A DNA stretch of 64,000 bases, taken from positions 143,028-207,027 of the forward strand of contig JAEUVA010000011.1 in assembly GCA_016787045.1 (NCBI GenBank), in the 5' to 3' direction. Shown one piece after another: positions 56,079 through 64,000 of this stretch (within the stretch, counting starts at the first letter, position 1; each line of letters starts with the position of its first letter). Under the pieces are notes generated by a model that saw nothing but the letters and a program-made list of their open reading frames with translations, searched no databases and was not told the DNA's origin. The DNA comes from Chitinophagales bacterium. Lineage in GTDB: Bacteria > Bacteroidota > Bacteroidia > Chitinophagales > LD1. The translations under genes and the position numbers were made by a program.

Positions 56079-59000
56079 TTACTTCTTTTCTAGTTGGTTC
56101 AATCGTTGCTTAAGCATTTCCAATTGAATCTTAAGATCGGCATTTTCTTTTTTTACGATTTCTATCATTTGTTGTTGTTCTTGTATGGCTTTTACGGTTA
56201 CGGGTATAATATCTGAATAATAAATACCGAGTTTATCCGAACTAGGCACTGGGTTTCCGTTATCATCCAACACCGGTGTTTTGCTCTTTAAGTTACCTAC
56301 CTGTACAACTTCACTAAGTATGGGCTGAACATCTTGAGCTATAAACCCAATTTTTTTACCCCATTGCGGATTTTCTTTCCAGTTAAAAGTAACGGGCCGT
56401 AGTTTCATTACCTCGTTGATGCCGTAGTGTAGGGGCAAAACATTTTCTTTATCACGAAAGTCAGAGGTATTGATGGTGCCATTGGTGGCAAAAACGGTGG
56501 TCCAGCGCGAAGCCGCTTCGCCCAATGAGTTGTTATCATCAATAGCCGGGCGAAAAGAGTTGGCAGCCATTTCGTAGTAATCTACATTGGTAACAAAATC
56601 ATCGGGGCTGCGAGAAAAAGTCATTTGGCCGGTACTGCTGGTACGTATTTTCCATTCACCTCCGGCACCGGTGCGCATCAGTTCAAGGGCCGGCTCGTAA
56701 GCAGTGCTCACACTGGCCACGCGCAGCGTTACGTTTACATTCTCTGGGTCGTAGATAGTCAACTTGGTGGCTGGAGTTGTGGTGCCAATGCCTACCTGCA
56801 CAGATGAAACAGCTCCGTTTACACCAATAATACTGCCTAAAATGAGCGTGTTGTTGTTAGTGGCATACGCTTTTGCACCAATGGCAGCAGCATTAGATAA
56901 TGTGCCAGATGAGAGATTGGCGCTATCGCCAAGTAGTGTATTGTAAGCACCGCTGGTGTTGGAGCGCCCGGCAGCATTGCCTACAAAAGTGTTTGAGCTG
57001 CCGATGTTACTGGAGTAACCGGCATTAGAGCCGACATATGTGTTGAAATTGCCGGTGGTATTGAATGTGCCGGCATGCCTTCCCAGTAAGGTGTTGTTAG
57101 AGCCAGTAGTATTGTTACTACCTGTGGCTTGTCCATAAAACGAATTGGCCATGCCGGTTGAGTTATTGCTACCTGTAGATTCACCAAAAAATGCATTGAC
57201 GGTGCCGGTAGTGTTACTGAAACCTGCTCTGGAACCAAAGAAGGCATTGTTGCTGGCAGTGTTACTAACACCTGCATGGTGGCCTACAATGGTATTTTGG
57301 ATGCCGTCTGTTAAGCTACGGCCAGCTCTGTTGCCGATAATTGTATTCCGAAAGCCTGTAGTAATGTTAAGTCCTGCACTATCTCCTATTATTACATTTA
57401 ATGAGCCGGTTGATAGGGTATTGGCTGCCATGTAACCCAATACCACGTTTTTGTTGATGTGATCTACTCGCCCTGCCGGTTGGTTGTTTACACGGATGTT
57501 GAATGGCACATTATCGGTGGTGCCTATAAAGTTGATGCCATCTACAGTGCCAGCATTGCCGGTGAGCCCCCATGCATTGGAGGATGCCGTGCTCCATGTC
57601 GGACCGGTGGCTGTTTGTGTTAGCACCTGTCCGTTGGTGCCGGCAGCAATTGCCCGCAGGTCGCCATTGGCATCGGCATACATTATTTTATCGGTAGTGG
57701 CGCTTGGGGTAGTGATAAAACTGCCTCCTGTGCTTACGCCTTCATAGCGAACTCCCAAAGTATCGTTGCCAATGTGCAATGCCCGTGCAGGCGTATTGGT
57801 GCCTATACCCACCCGTACGGTATTGGTAGCGCCATTTACACCTTGTATGCTACCCAGCACCATGCTGTTGTTGGCTCCTGCCAGCGCCTTAGCGCCAATG
57901 GCGGTGGAGTTGGTAAAGTTGGCAGCCGAAACATTGGCGCTATCGCCAAGAATGGTGTTGTACGTACCGGTGGTGTTTGTCCGTCCGGCATCTTTACCCA
58001 AAAAAGAGTTGGAGTGGCCGGTGGTATTGAAAAATCCGGCATCTTCCCCCAAGATAGTGTTTTCAGAGCCGGAAGTGTTGGAAAATCCTGCATTTTCACC
58101 AAAAAATGAATTGAATGACCCGATGGTGTTAGTGAATCCGGCATCTTCGCCAAAGAAAGAGTTGTAGGAGCCGGTAGTGTTGGAGTTTCCGGCATTTTGC
58201 CCCATAAATGCATTGAAAGAACCAGTAGTGTTAGCAAATCCGGCATCTTGACCTAAGAAAGCATTGGACACTCCGGTAGTATTTGCCCGCCCGGCACTAT
58301 CGCCCACAAAGGTGTTTTGTCTTCCTGTAGTGTTGTTTAATCCGGCATTGTATCCTACAAACACATTACTGTAGCCCGTGCTGTTGACATTGCCCGCCCT
58401 GTAGCCCAGAAAAACATTGGCCTGTGCGCTGTCTATTCTTCCTGCTTTCTGATTGTTTACTCTGAGGTTTAACGGCACATCATCGGTAGTGCCAATAAAA
58501 TTTGTGCCATCTACTGTGCCGGCATTGCCGGTTAAGTTCCATGCGTTAGCCGAAGAGGTGCTCCATTGCGGTACTCCGCTGCCATTGATGGTAAGTACTT
58601 GCCCGTTGGTACCATTGGCAAGTGCGCGCAAGTCACCGGTTGCGTCAGCAAATACTAATTTGTCTGTGGTGGCAGATGGTGCAGTGATAAAAGCGCCCCC
58701 AGTGGCTAATCCGCGCACGCGCACATTGCCGCCTTTTAAAATAGTAAATGCATCGGCCCTTGCAGCACTACCGGTGCCAATACCCACGTTAAAAATTCTG
58801 TCTGCTGCATTGTGTGCAGTGGTGCTGGCTGCGGTGTATTGAGTACCGTACACGCCTACCACCATTTCGCCATATGATGCGGCACGGTTGCCTTGACCAA
58901 AAGCATAAGAAATGTTGCCTACAGCAGTATCTTGTTGGCCGGCCACCCAGCTACCTGTGCCTTGTGCTACACTTTGGTATCCAAAGGCGGCACTGGCTTG

Positions 59001-61031
59001 TCCGTTTGCGGTTACTCTATCTCCGGCAGCAAAAGTGGTAAAAGCGTTGGCATTGCTCAAGAACCCAATGGCAGCAGAAGCAGAGCCACTCAACGTATTT
59101 TGAAAACCCACTACAATGCTGTGGCCAAAAGGAGCAGTAACGGTGTTCAATACTCCGGCTACCAAATTATTTTCACCGGCAACATTGTTGTTGATGCCAC
59201 TTACCATGCTGCGGGTAGAAGAAACAGTGTTTGTGTTGCCCGTAACTAATGAGTTAAGTCCGCTTACATTGTTTCCATCGCCAAAGGCCACCGACTGGGC
59301 GCCAGAAGCGGTATTGCTTACACCGGAAACAAAAGAGTTTACACCACTGGCGGTATTGTTATTGCCAAAAGCAGCTGCCTGATTGGCCGAAGCCAAGTTG
59401 TTGTTGCCGGCAGCAAAAGAATAATCAGAGCGGGCTTCGTTACTAAAGCCACCAAGAGCAACAGATGCCACTCCCTTAGCTGTATCTGCCCAACCAATAG
59501 CAATAGATAAGTTGGCTTGCGTTTGCGATTGAAATCCACCAGCCATAGAGGTAGTGGCTGCTGCGGTAGAGCTGGCTGTGTTGTTAAATACTACTGAAAA
59601 GTTTCCGGCTGCGTTGTTGCCGTTACCGCTCACCAGGGCATGGGTTGCAGTTACCGTGTTATTGTTACCAACAACCAAAGAGTTTTGCCCGCTTACGGTG
59701 TTGCCATTGCCGGCAGCAAATGTGTTATTGCCACTGGCCGTATTGTTAGCGCCAAAGGCCGCAGAGCCAATGCCCACGTTGGCATCATCCCATTGCACAC
59801 CGTTTACGTTGCCGGCTCTAAAGGCATTTTTTGCCGGAGCCCACATGAGCCGCGTGCCAAAACCAGAAACCGGCACCACTCCTGTAGAGGTGTTTCCAAC
59901 GCCTACCAGCGCACCACCTGGGTATGCCCGAAAAGCTTCTTCGTTTTGGCGCTTGATGATTACATCGGCATTATCGGTAGTGCCCAAAAAATTTACCGCA
60001 TTGCTAAGCCCGGCATTGCCAACGGTGTTCCAACCGGCATTAGCAAATGTGCCGCCAGACAATACTGCATTGGCGTATGATTGTACGTGCCAGCGATTAT
60101 CGCCTACGCTATAGATGAGCGTAACGGTGCCACTATCGCCCACTATTAGTGTGCCGCCACCGGTCATTATTCGGTTGCTGGTGGTAGAGAGTGTGCTTTG
60201 GTCGGTTAAAGTCAAAATTTGAGTGGTAGCGTTTTGTATAATTAGTACCCGGCCATCGGTAGCACCGGCAGCGGTAAAACCCGTAATGCTGTAGGCAGCG
60301 GTTGGCCCTGTTATCCGGTAGTAGCTATACCCTGAAGGATGCGGATTTATGACCACGTTGTGGTTGGCACCGTTGGCTAAAGTGAGTGCGGCTTGCCGCA
60401 AAGCAATATCGCCATTAATATCTAAGCGAGTGAGCGGTGCAGTGGTGTTGATGCCCACTAAACCATTACGATTTATACGCATGCGTTCTACCGGTGCAGA
60501 GCCGGCAGGTGCGGTTAGAAAAGCCAATCTACCAGTCATTAAACCGCTGGCGCTGGCAGAGTCCACGAGCATTTCTATGCGGGTGGCTTGCAGGTATGTA
60601 GAACCATCATACCCGCGACCATCTATTCGGCCTAGAGAGCCATTGGTGCCAATAATGGTAGGTGCGCTTATGGTGCCTTGAGCCCTGCGAAACCAAAGTT
60701 CGTTTGGGCTTCCGTAGTGAGAAATGATAACACCCGGATTGGTATTAATTGTATTGGTAATTTCTAACATGCCACTCAGGTTGGGCTGCGTGGTGCCTAT
60801 GCCTACGCGTCCACCGGTATCAATAGTCATCCTACGGATGTTATTGGTGCGGAATGTGAGGTAGTTGGCATCGGTAGTACCTAAAAAGTTTTGTGCAGTA
60901 TCTGTACCGGCATTTCCCTTTACCCGCCAGTATAAACCAGAAGCACTGTTAGGGTTTTGGGTTTCGGCTTGTGCAAAAAGCCGGGCTTGCAAAATGCTAA
61001 TAGCAATAACGGTAAAGTAAAATTTCTTCAT
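56079..61031 (-). CDS. Giant tail-fibre-like repeat protein with S74-type intramolecular chaperone domain
   Basis: The signal peptide is MKKFYFTVIAISILQARLFAQ. There are four W-x-x-x-GNAG..NF(L/I)GTTD modules. 17-residue repeats include NAFLGQDAGFANTTGSF. The C-terminus reads SDFRDKENVLPL..LRPVTFNWK..IGFIAQDV, then a coiled coil. Confidence 0.8.
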   Translation of the reverse strand: MKKFYFTVIAISILQARLFAQAETQNPNSASGLYWRVKGNAGTDTAQNFLGTTDANYLTFRTNNIRRMTIDTGGRVGIGTTQPNLSGMLEITNTINTNPGVIISHYGSPNELWFRRAQGTISAPTIIGTNGSLGRIDGRGYDGSTYLQATRIEMLVDSASASGLMTGRLAFLTAPAGSAPVERMRINRNGLVGINTTAPLTRLDINGDIALRQAALTLANGANHNVVINPHPSGYSYYRITGPTAAYSITGFTAAGATDGRVLIIQNATTQILTLTDQSTLSTTSNRIMTGGGTLIVGDSGTVTLIYSVGDNRWHVQSYANAVLSGGTFANAGWNTVGNAGLSNAVNFLGTTDNADVIIKRQNEEAFRAYPGGALVGVGNTSTGVVPVSGFGTRLMWAPAKNAFRAGNVNGVQWDDANVGIGSAAFGANNTASGNNTFAAGNGNTVSGQNSLVVGNNNTVTATHALVSGNGNNAAGNFSVVFNNTASSTAAATTSMAGGFQSQTQANLSIAIGWADTAKGVASVALGGFSNEARSDYSFAAGNNNLASANQAAAFGNNNTASGVNSFVSGVSNTASGAQSVAFGDGNNVSGLNSLVTGNTNTVSSTRSMVSGINNNVAGENNLVAGVLNTVTAPFGHSIVVGFQNTLSGSASAAIGFLSNANAFTTFAAGDRVTANGQASAAFGYQSVAQGTGSWVAGQQDTAVGNISYAFGQGNRAASYGEMVVGVYGTQYTAASTTAHNAADRIFNVGIGTGSAARADAFTILKGGNVRVRGLATGGAFITAPSATTDKLVFADATGDLRALANGTNGQVLTINGSGVPQWSTSSANAWNLTGNAGTVDGTNFIGTTDDVPLNLRVNNQKAGRIDSAQANVFLGYRAGNVNSTGYSNVFVGYNAGLNNTTGRQNTFVGDSAGRANTTGVSNAFLGQDAGFANTTGSFNAFMGQNAGNSNTTGSYNSFFGEDAGFTNTIGSFNSFFGENAGFSNTSGSENTILGEDAGFFNTTGHSNSFLGKDAGRTNTTGTYNTILGDSANVSAANFTNSTAIGAKALAGANNSMVLGSIQGVNGATNTVRVGIGTNTPARALHIGNDTLGVRYEGVSTGGSFITTPSATTDKIMYADANGDLRAIAAGTNGQVLTQTATGPTWSTASSNAWGLTGNAGTVDGINFIGTTDNVPFNIRVNNQPAGRVDHINKNVVLGYMAANTLSTGSLNVIIGDSAGLNITTGFRNTIIGNRAGRSLTDGIQNTIVGHHAGVSNTASNNAFFGSRAGFSNTTGTVNAFFGESTGSNNSTGMANSFYGQATGSNNTTGSNNTLLGRHAGTFNTTGNFNTYVGSNAGYSSNIGSSNTFVGNAAGRSNTSGAYNTLLGDSANLSSGTLSNAAAIGAKAYATNNNTLILGSIIGVNGAVSSVQVGIGTTTPATKLTIYDPENVNVTLRVASVSTAYEPALELMRTGAGGEWKIRTSSTGQMTFSRSPDDFVTNVDYYEMAANSFRPAIDDNNSLGEAASRWTTVFATNGTINTSDFRDKENVLPLHYGINEVMKLRPVTFNWKENPQWGKKIGFIAQDVQPILSEVVQVGNLKSKTPVLDDNGNPVPSSDKLGIYYSDIIPVTVKAIQEQQQMIEIVKKENADLKIQLEMLKQRLNQLEKK

Positions 61032-61136
61032 AAAACTTGGCGTATCGTGTAAAAATAAGGTTTATGCTAAAACAACATGTGAAGAAACAGTTACGTAAGC
61101 CGGTATATGAAAAAGGTGCGGGCGTTTAGCCCTTGG

Positions 61137-64000
61137 TTATTTACTGAGCAAATTCAATAATTCATCTATTTGTTTTTGCTGAGCTTCAATTTGTTTTTGT
61201 TGCTCCTGAATGGCCTTGGTTAACAGAGGTATAAAATCGTTGTAGCGTACTCCTAAATGGCCTTCATCATCTTTGCTGATGATGCCGCTGTTTTGTATTC
61301 CACTCTTGTATAATGCTTCTTGAACTTCTTGTGCTATAAAGCCAATTTCGCGAGTACCATAGGGGTTTGGTTCCAGCGTACGCTCAATCGTTCTTTTTTC
61401 GCCATCTTTTCCGCGCACAACCTCTATCACATTCTTGCGCACAAAATCAACCGGGCGGAGCAGCTTTACTACTTCTATGGCTTTATGGATGTCTTTTATA
61501 TCTTCTTTCCAATAGCTATCTGAGGTAACCGTCCAGCCAACTTGTATCCCGGCATAGGCAACAACCGCGCTACCCACGCGCACCTGGTTGCTGTTGGTGG
61601 CTACTGGCACCAAAGCGTTGTAGCCAACGGTAGTGTTATTATCACCGGTAGTCACATTGCCTGAGAAGTATCCTAGATGTGTATTGTTATTGCCGGTTGT
61701 AATGTTATCGCCAGCATAATATCCTACTCCAACATTGCCTGAACCTGTGGTAATTGCCTCCAATGCTCTTCGCCCAAAAGCAGAGTTACTACTTGCCCCG
61801 GTACTGGCATCTAATGCATGATTGCCAACGGCTGTATTGAAGGAGCCGGTTACGTCATCGTCTAAACAAGAATTGCCGATGGCGATATTATATCCGCCTG
61901 AAGTATTGCTGGCCAAGGCAGCATAGCCGATAGCGATGTTTTGGTAATTAAACCCCCCTAACAAGTTCCAATTGTGCAACGCAGAGTCGCCAATGGCTAT
62001 GTTGAATGTACTGATGGTGTTGCTATACAAGGCGCGGTTACCAATGGCAATGTTGCTATTGCCTGTGGTACTGCTGCGTGCAGCCCAAAAACCGATGGCG
62101 GTATTGCGCTGGCCGGTAGTTAACTGATCCATAGCGCCTGCTCCCACAGCCGTATTTAAGCGACCCGTGGTAGCTTGGGTAAGGGCATAGTGGCCTATAG
62201 CCACGTTTTGTCCGCCTGTAGTGCTTTGCAGCATGGCGTTGAACCCCACCACGGTGTTGGCGCTGCTGGTATTGCCGGCATTCCCTCTCAAGGCATTGTA
62301 ACCTACTGCCGTATTTTCATCACCGGTAGAGTTAGTTAGCATAGAGTTGTAGCCCACGGCCGTATTGTAAAATCCGCTGGTTAACGAAAACTGGGTTTTA
62401 AAGCCAATGCCCACATTGCCTGTACCCGAGGTGCCCCAAAGTGCGCTATCACCAATAGCGATGTTGAAACTTGCTGAAGTTACATTCACCATAGGTCTAA
62501 TACCAATGGCAATATTATTGGACCCCGTGCTAACGTTAAATGCAGCACCATAACCTAATGCAGTGTTTGATTTGCCACTAATCAGATAGCGCAACGAGTA
62601 CGTGCCTATACCCGTATTTTCGGTACCGGTATGGTACCCATTACCATACCCTGCTTGATAGCCCACAAACACGTTTTCATCGCCACGGTTGCCCCAGCCC
62701 GATTCTGCACCTACAAAAGTGGCCCGGTCGCTACTATCGGCATATAATCCACTGAATACGCCAATGGCCGTATTAGACCCTCCGTTGATATATCCCCCGG
62801 CCCACCGACCCACTGCAGTATTGCGGGTAAGCGAATTGCCATATTCCAATGCTCCCACACCCAGAGCCACATTTTCGTCCCCGCTTCTGTTGCTGTAAAG
62901 CGAGCGCCAGCCCATTGCTGTATTATAGTCTCCTGAAGTATCTAACCGCATGGCCTCCATACCTACAGCGGTGTTATAGATACCCCCTGTTTTTACATAC
63001 ATAGCATCGCTGCCCAAAGCCGTGTTACCAAAACCCGAAAGATTCGTCCGCATGGCACTGATTCCTACAGCGGTATTATAAGCTCCTGAAACATTTGAAT
63101 ACAATGCATAGCCCCCCACCGCAGTATTATAGTATGAATTGGTGCTTGGTCCTGCCGGTGCTCCCCTGCCCGCATAACTGCCGATATAGGTGTTGATAGT
63201 CCCCACACTATCGTATTGCCCGGCCCAATAGCCCAGATATAGGTTCTCGGCACCGGAATAATGAAATTGCCCGGCTAAGCGGCCGATAGAAGTATTGGCA
63301 CTGGAAGATTGATTAGACTGCAATGAGCCGCGGCCAATGGCCAGATTAGTACTGCCGGTAATGTTTTTTTCACCGGCAAAAGCACCAATAAAAAAGTTGA
63401 ATGTTCCTGTGGTGTTTTCATATCCGGCATGGTCACCAATGAAAAAATTACGGAAACCGGTGGTGGTGTAGCGGCCGGCCTGTGTGCCAATGGCAAAGTT
63501 TTCGGAAGCGGTGTTACTGTAGAGAGCACTGTCGCCAATAGCTATTATTTCACTGGAGCTTTGATTATTGAACCCGGCATAAGCTCCAATAGAAATATTA
63601 CGCGAAGCTGCCATAGAGCGGTATGCAGCGCTGTCGCCAATAGCTACGTTATTTATTCCAGTGGGATAGGCGGTATTTCCATGTAACGCACGAGTACCGA
63701 TAGCAATGTTGCCCGAACCGGTGTTACCATAAAAATATGCCCCGTGTCCCAAAACAGTATTGTTTTTTCCGGTTGAAACAAATCGCAATGCTAATGAACC
63801 CACAGCTACGTTTTCGTTACCCAACCTAGAGCCGGTGATATTTAACCCATACCCAGTTCCATATCCTACATATACGTTTTGGTCTCCCTCATTGTAAAAA
63901 CCGGCATAAGCGCCTACCAATGTTGAGAAAACCGCAGAGTCGGTGTATGTGCCAGCCAAATATCCAATACCAGTATTATAGCTTGTTTTTGTATCAAAGA
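61137..64000 (-). CDS. Giant tail-fibre-like repeat protein, paralogue (5' end outside window)
   Basis: The frame stays open to nt 64000. There are about 45 copies of the 17-residue repeat NTAxGxxA(L/M)xxNTxGxx. The C-terminus reads SDSYWKEDIKDI..LRPVDFVRK..IGFIAQEV, then a coiled coil. Confidence 0.8.
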   Translation of the reverse strand, partial: FDTKTSYNTGIGYLAGTYTDSAVFSTLVGAYAGFYNEGDQNVYVGYGTGYGLNITGSRLGNENVAVGSLALRFVSTGKNNTVLGHGAYFYGNTGSGNIAIGTRALHGNTAYPTGINNVAIGDSAAYRSMAASRNISIGAYAGFNNQSSSEIIAIGDSALYSNTASENFAIGTQAGRYTTTGFRNFFIGDHAGYENTTGTFNFFIGAFAGEKNITGSTNLAIGRGSLQSNQSSSANTSIGRLAGQFHYSGAENLYLGYWAGQYDSVGTINTYIGSYAGRGAPAGPSTNSYYNTAVGGYALYSNVSGAYNTAVGISAMRTNLSGFGNTALGSDAMYVKTGGIYNTAVGMEAMRLDTSGDYNTAMGWRSLYSNRSGDENVALGVGALEYGNSLTRNTAVGRWAGGYINGGSNTAIGVFSGLYADSSDRATFVGAESGWGNRGDENVFVGYQAGYGNGYHTGTENTGIGTYSLRYLISGKSNTALGYGAAFNVSTGSNNIAIGIRPMVNVTSASFNIAIGDSALWGTSGTGNVGIGFKTQFSLTSGFYNTAVGYNSMLTNSTGDENTAVGYNALRGNAGNTSSANTVVGFNAMLQSTTGGQNVAIGHYALTQATTGRLNTAVGAGAMDQLTTGQRNTAIGFWAARSSTTGNSNIAIGNRALYSNTISTFNIAIGDSALHNWNLLGGFNYQNIAIGYAALASNTSGGYNIAIGNSCLDDDVTGSFNTAVGNHALDASTGASSNSAFGRRALEAITTGSGNVGVGYYAGDNITTGNNNTHLGYFSGNVTTGDNNTTVGYNALVPVATNSNQVRVGSAVVAYAGIQVGWTVTSDSYWKEDIKDIHKAIEVVKLLRPVDFVRKNVIEVVRGKDGEKRTIERTLEPNPYGTREIGFIAQEVQEALYKSGIQNSGIISKDDEGHLGVRYNDFIPLLTKAIQEQQKQIEAQQKQIDELLNLLSK

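Noticed and set aside
57145-60114. Many 90-190-aa plus-strand ORFs (for example 59554-60114 and 57766-58167) opposite the giant repeat gene
   Set aside because: These are shadow ORFs of a Gly/Ala/Asn/Thr-rich repetitive gene. Their low-complexity Pro/Ala/Val-rich translations mirror the 51-bp repeat, and they have no independent signals.
56600-63900. A regular 51-bp periodicity that might be mistaken for a CRISPR array or satellite DNA
   Set aside because: The period is exactly 17 codons inside long open reading frames. The repeats are degenerate at the DNA level and there is no repeat-spacer structure, so this is a protein repeat.

Overview
This 64-kb chromosomal segment looks like Bacteroidota. 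The evidence is several type IX secretion (T9SS) C-terminal sorting domains, gldF/gldG, a split transketolase, kynurenine 3-monooxygenase and a TAnnTTTG-type promoter element. I call about 50 protein genes and saw no rRNA, tRNA or CRISPR array. All product calls come from motifs read in the supplied translations; no database search was possible. Housekeeping genes are ssb, the transketolase N and C subunits, yebC, recJ, dnaN, mnmG, ybeY and kbl. Accessory content is three type II toxin-antitoxin pairs, four T9SS cargo proteins, a sulfatase, an FGE, a sulfotransferase, a tyrosine recombinase next to a glycan-modification-like cluster, and two giant tail-fibre-like proteins. The most notable observations are: (1) a translationally coupled four-gene operon (10.6-16.3 kb) in which every product carries an export signal and the last is a WD40-caspase, in a 16-kb neighbourhood that also holds two secreted VWA paralogues and a tandem caspase-fold protein; (2) a 5-kb insertion separating the two transketolase halves; (3) a G9 homopolymer that uncouples the ATG and signal-peptide start from a 1385-aa surface-protein ORF, plus a second frameshift detaching its T9SS sorting domain; (4) a 6.2-kb cassette bracketed by a duplicated recJ 3' end; (5) a 500-bp non-coding gap with a DnaA-box cluster and an AT-rich tract, a candidate oriC; (6) repeated TGTTC..GAACA palindromes upstream of mnmG.
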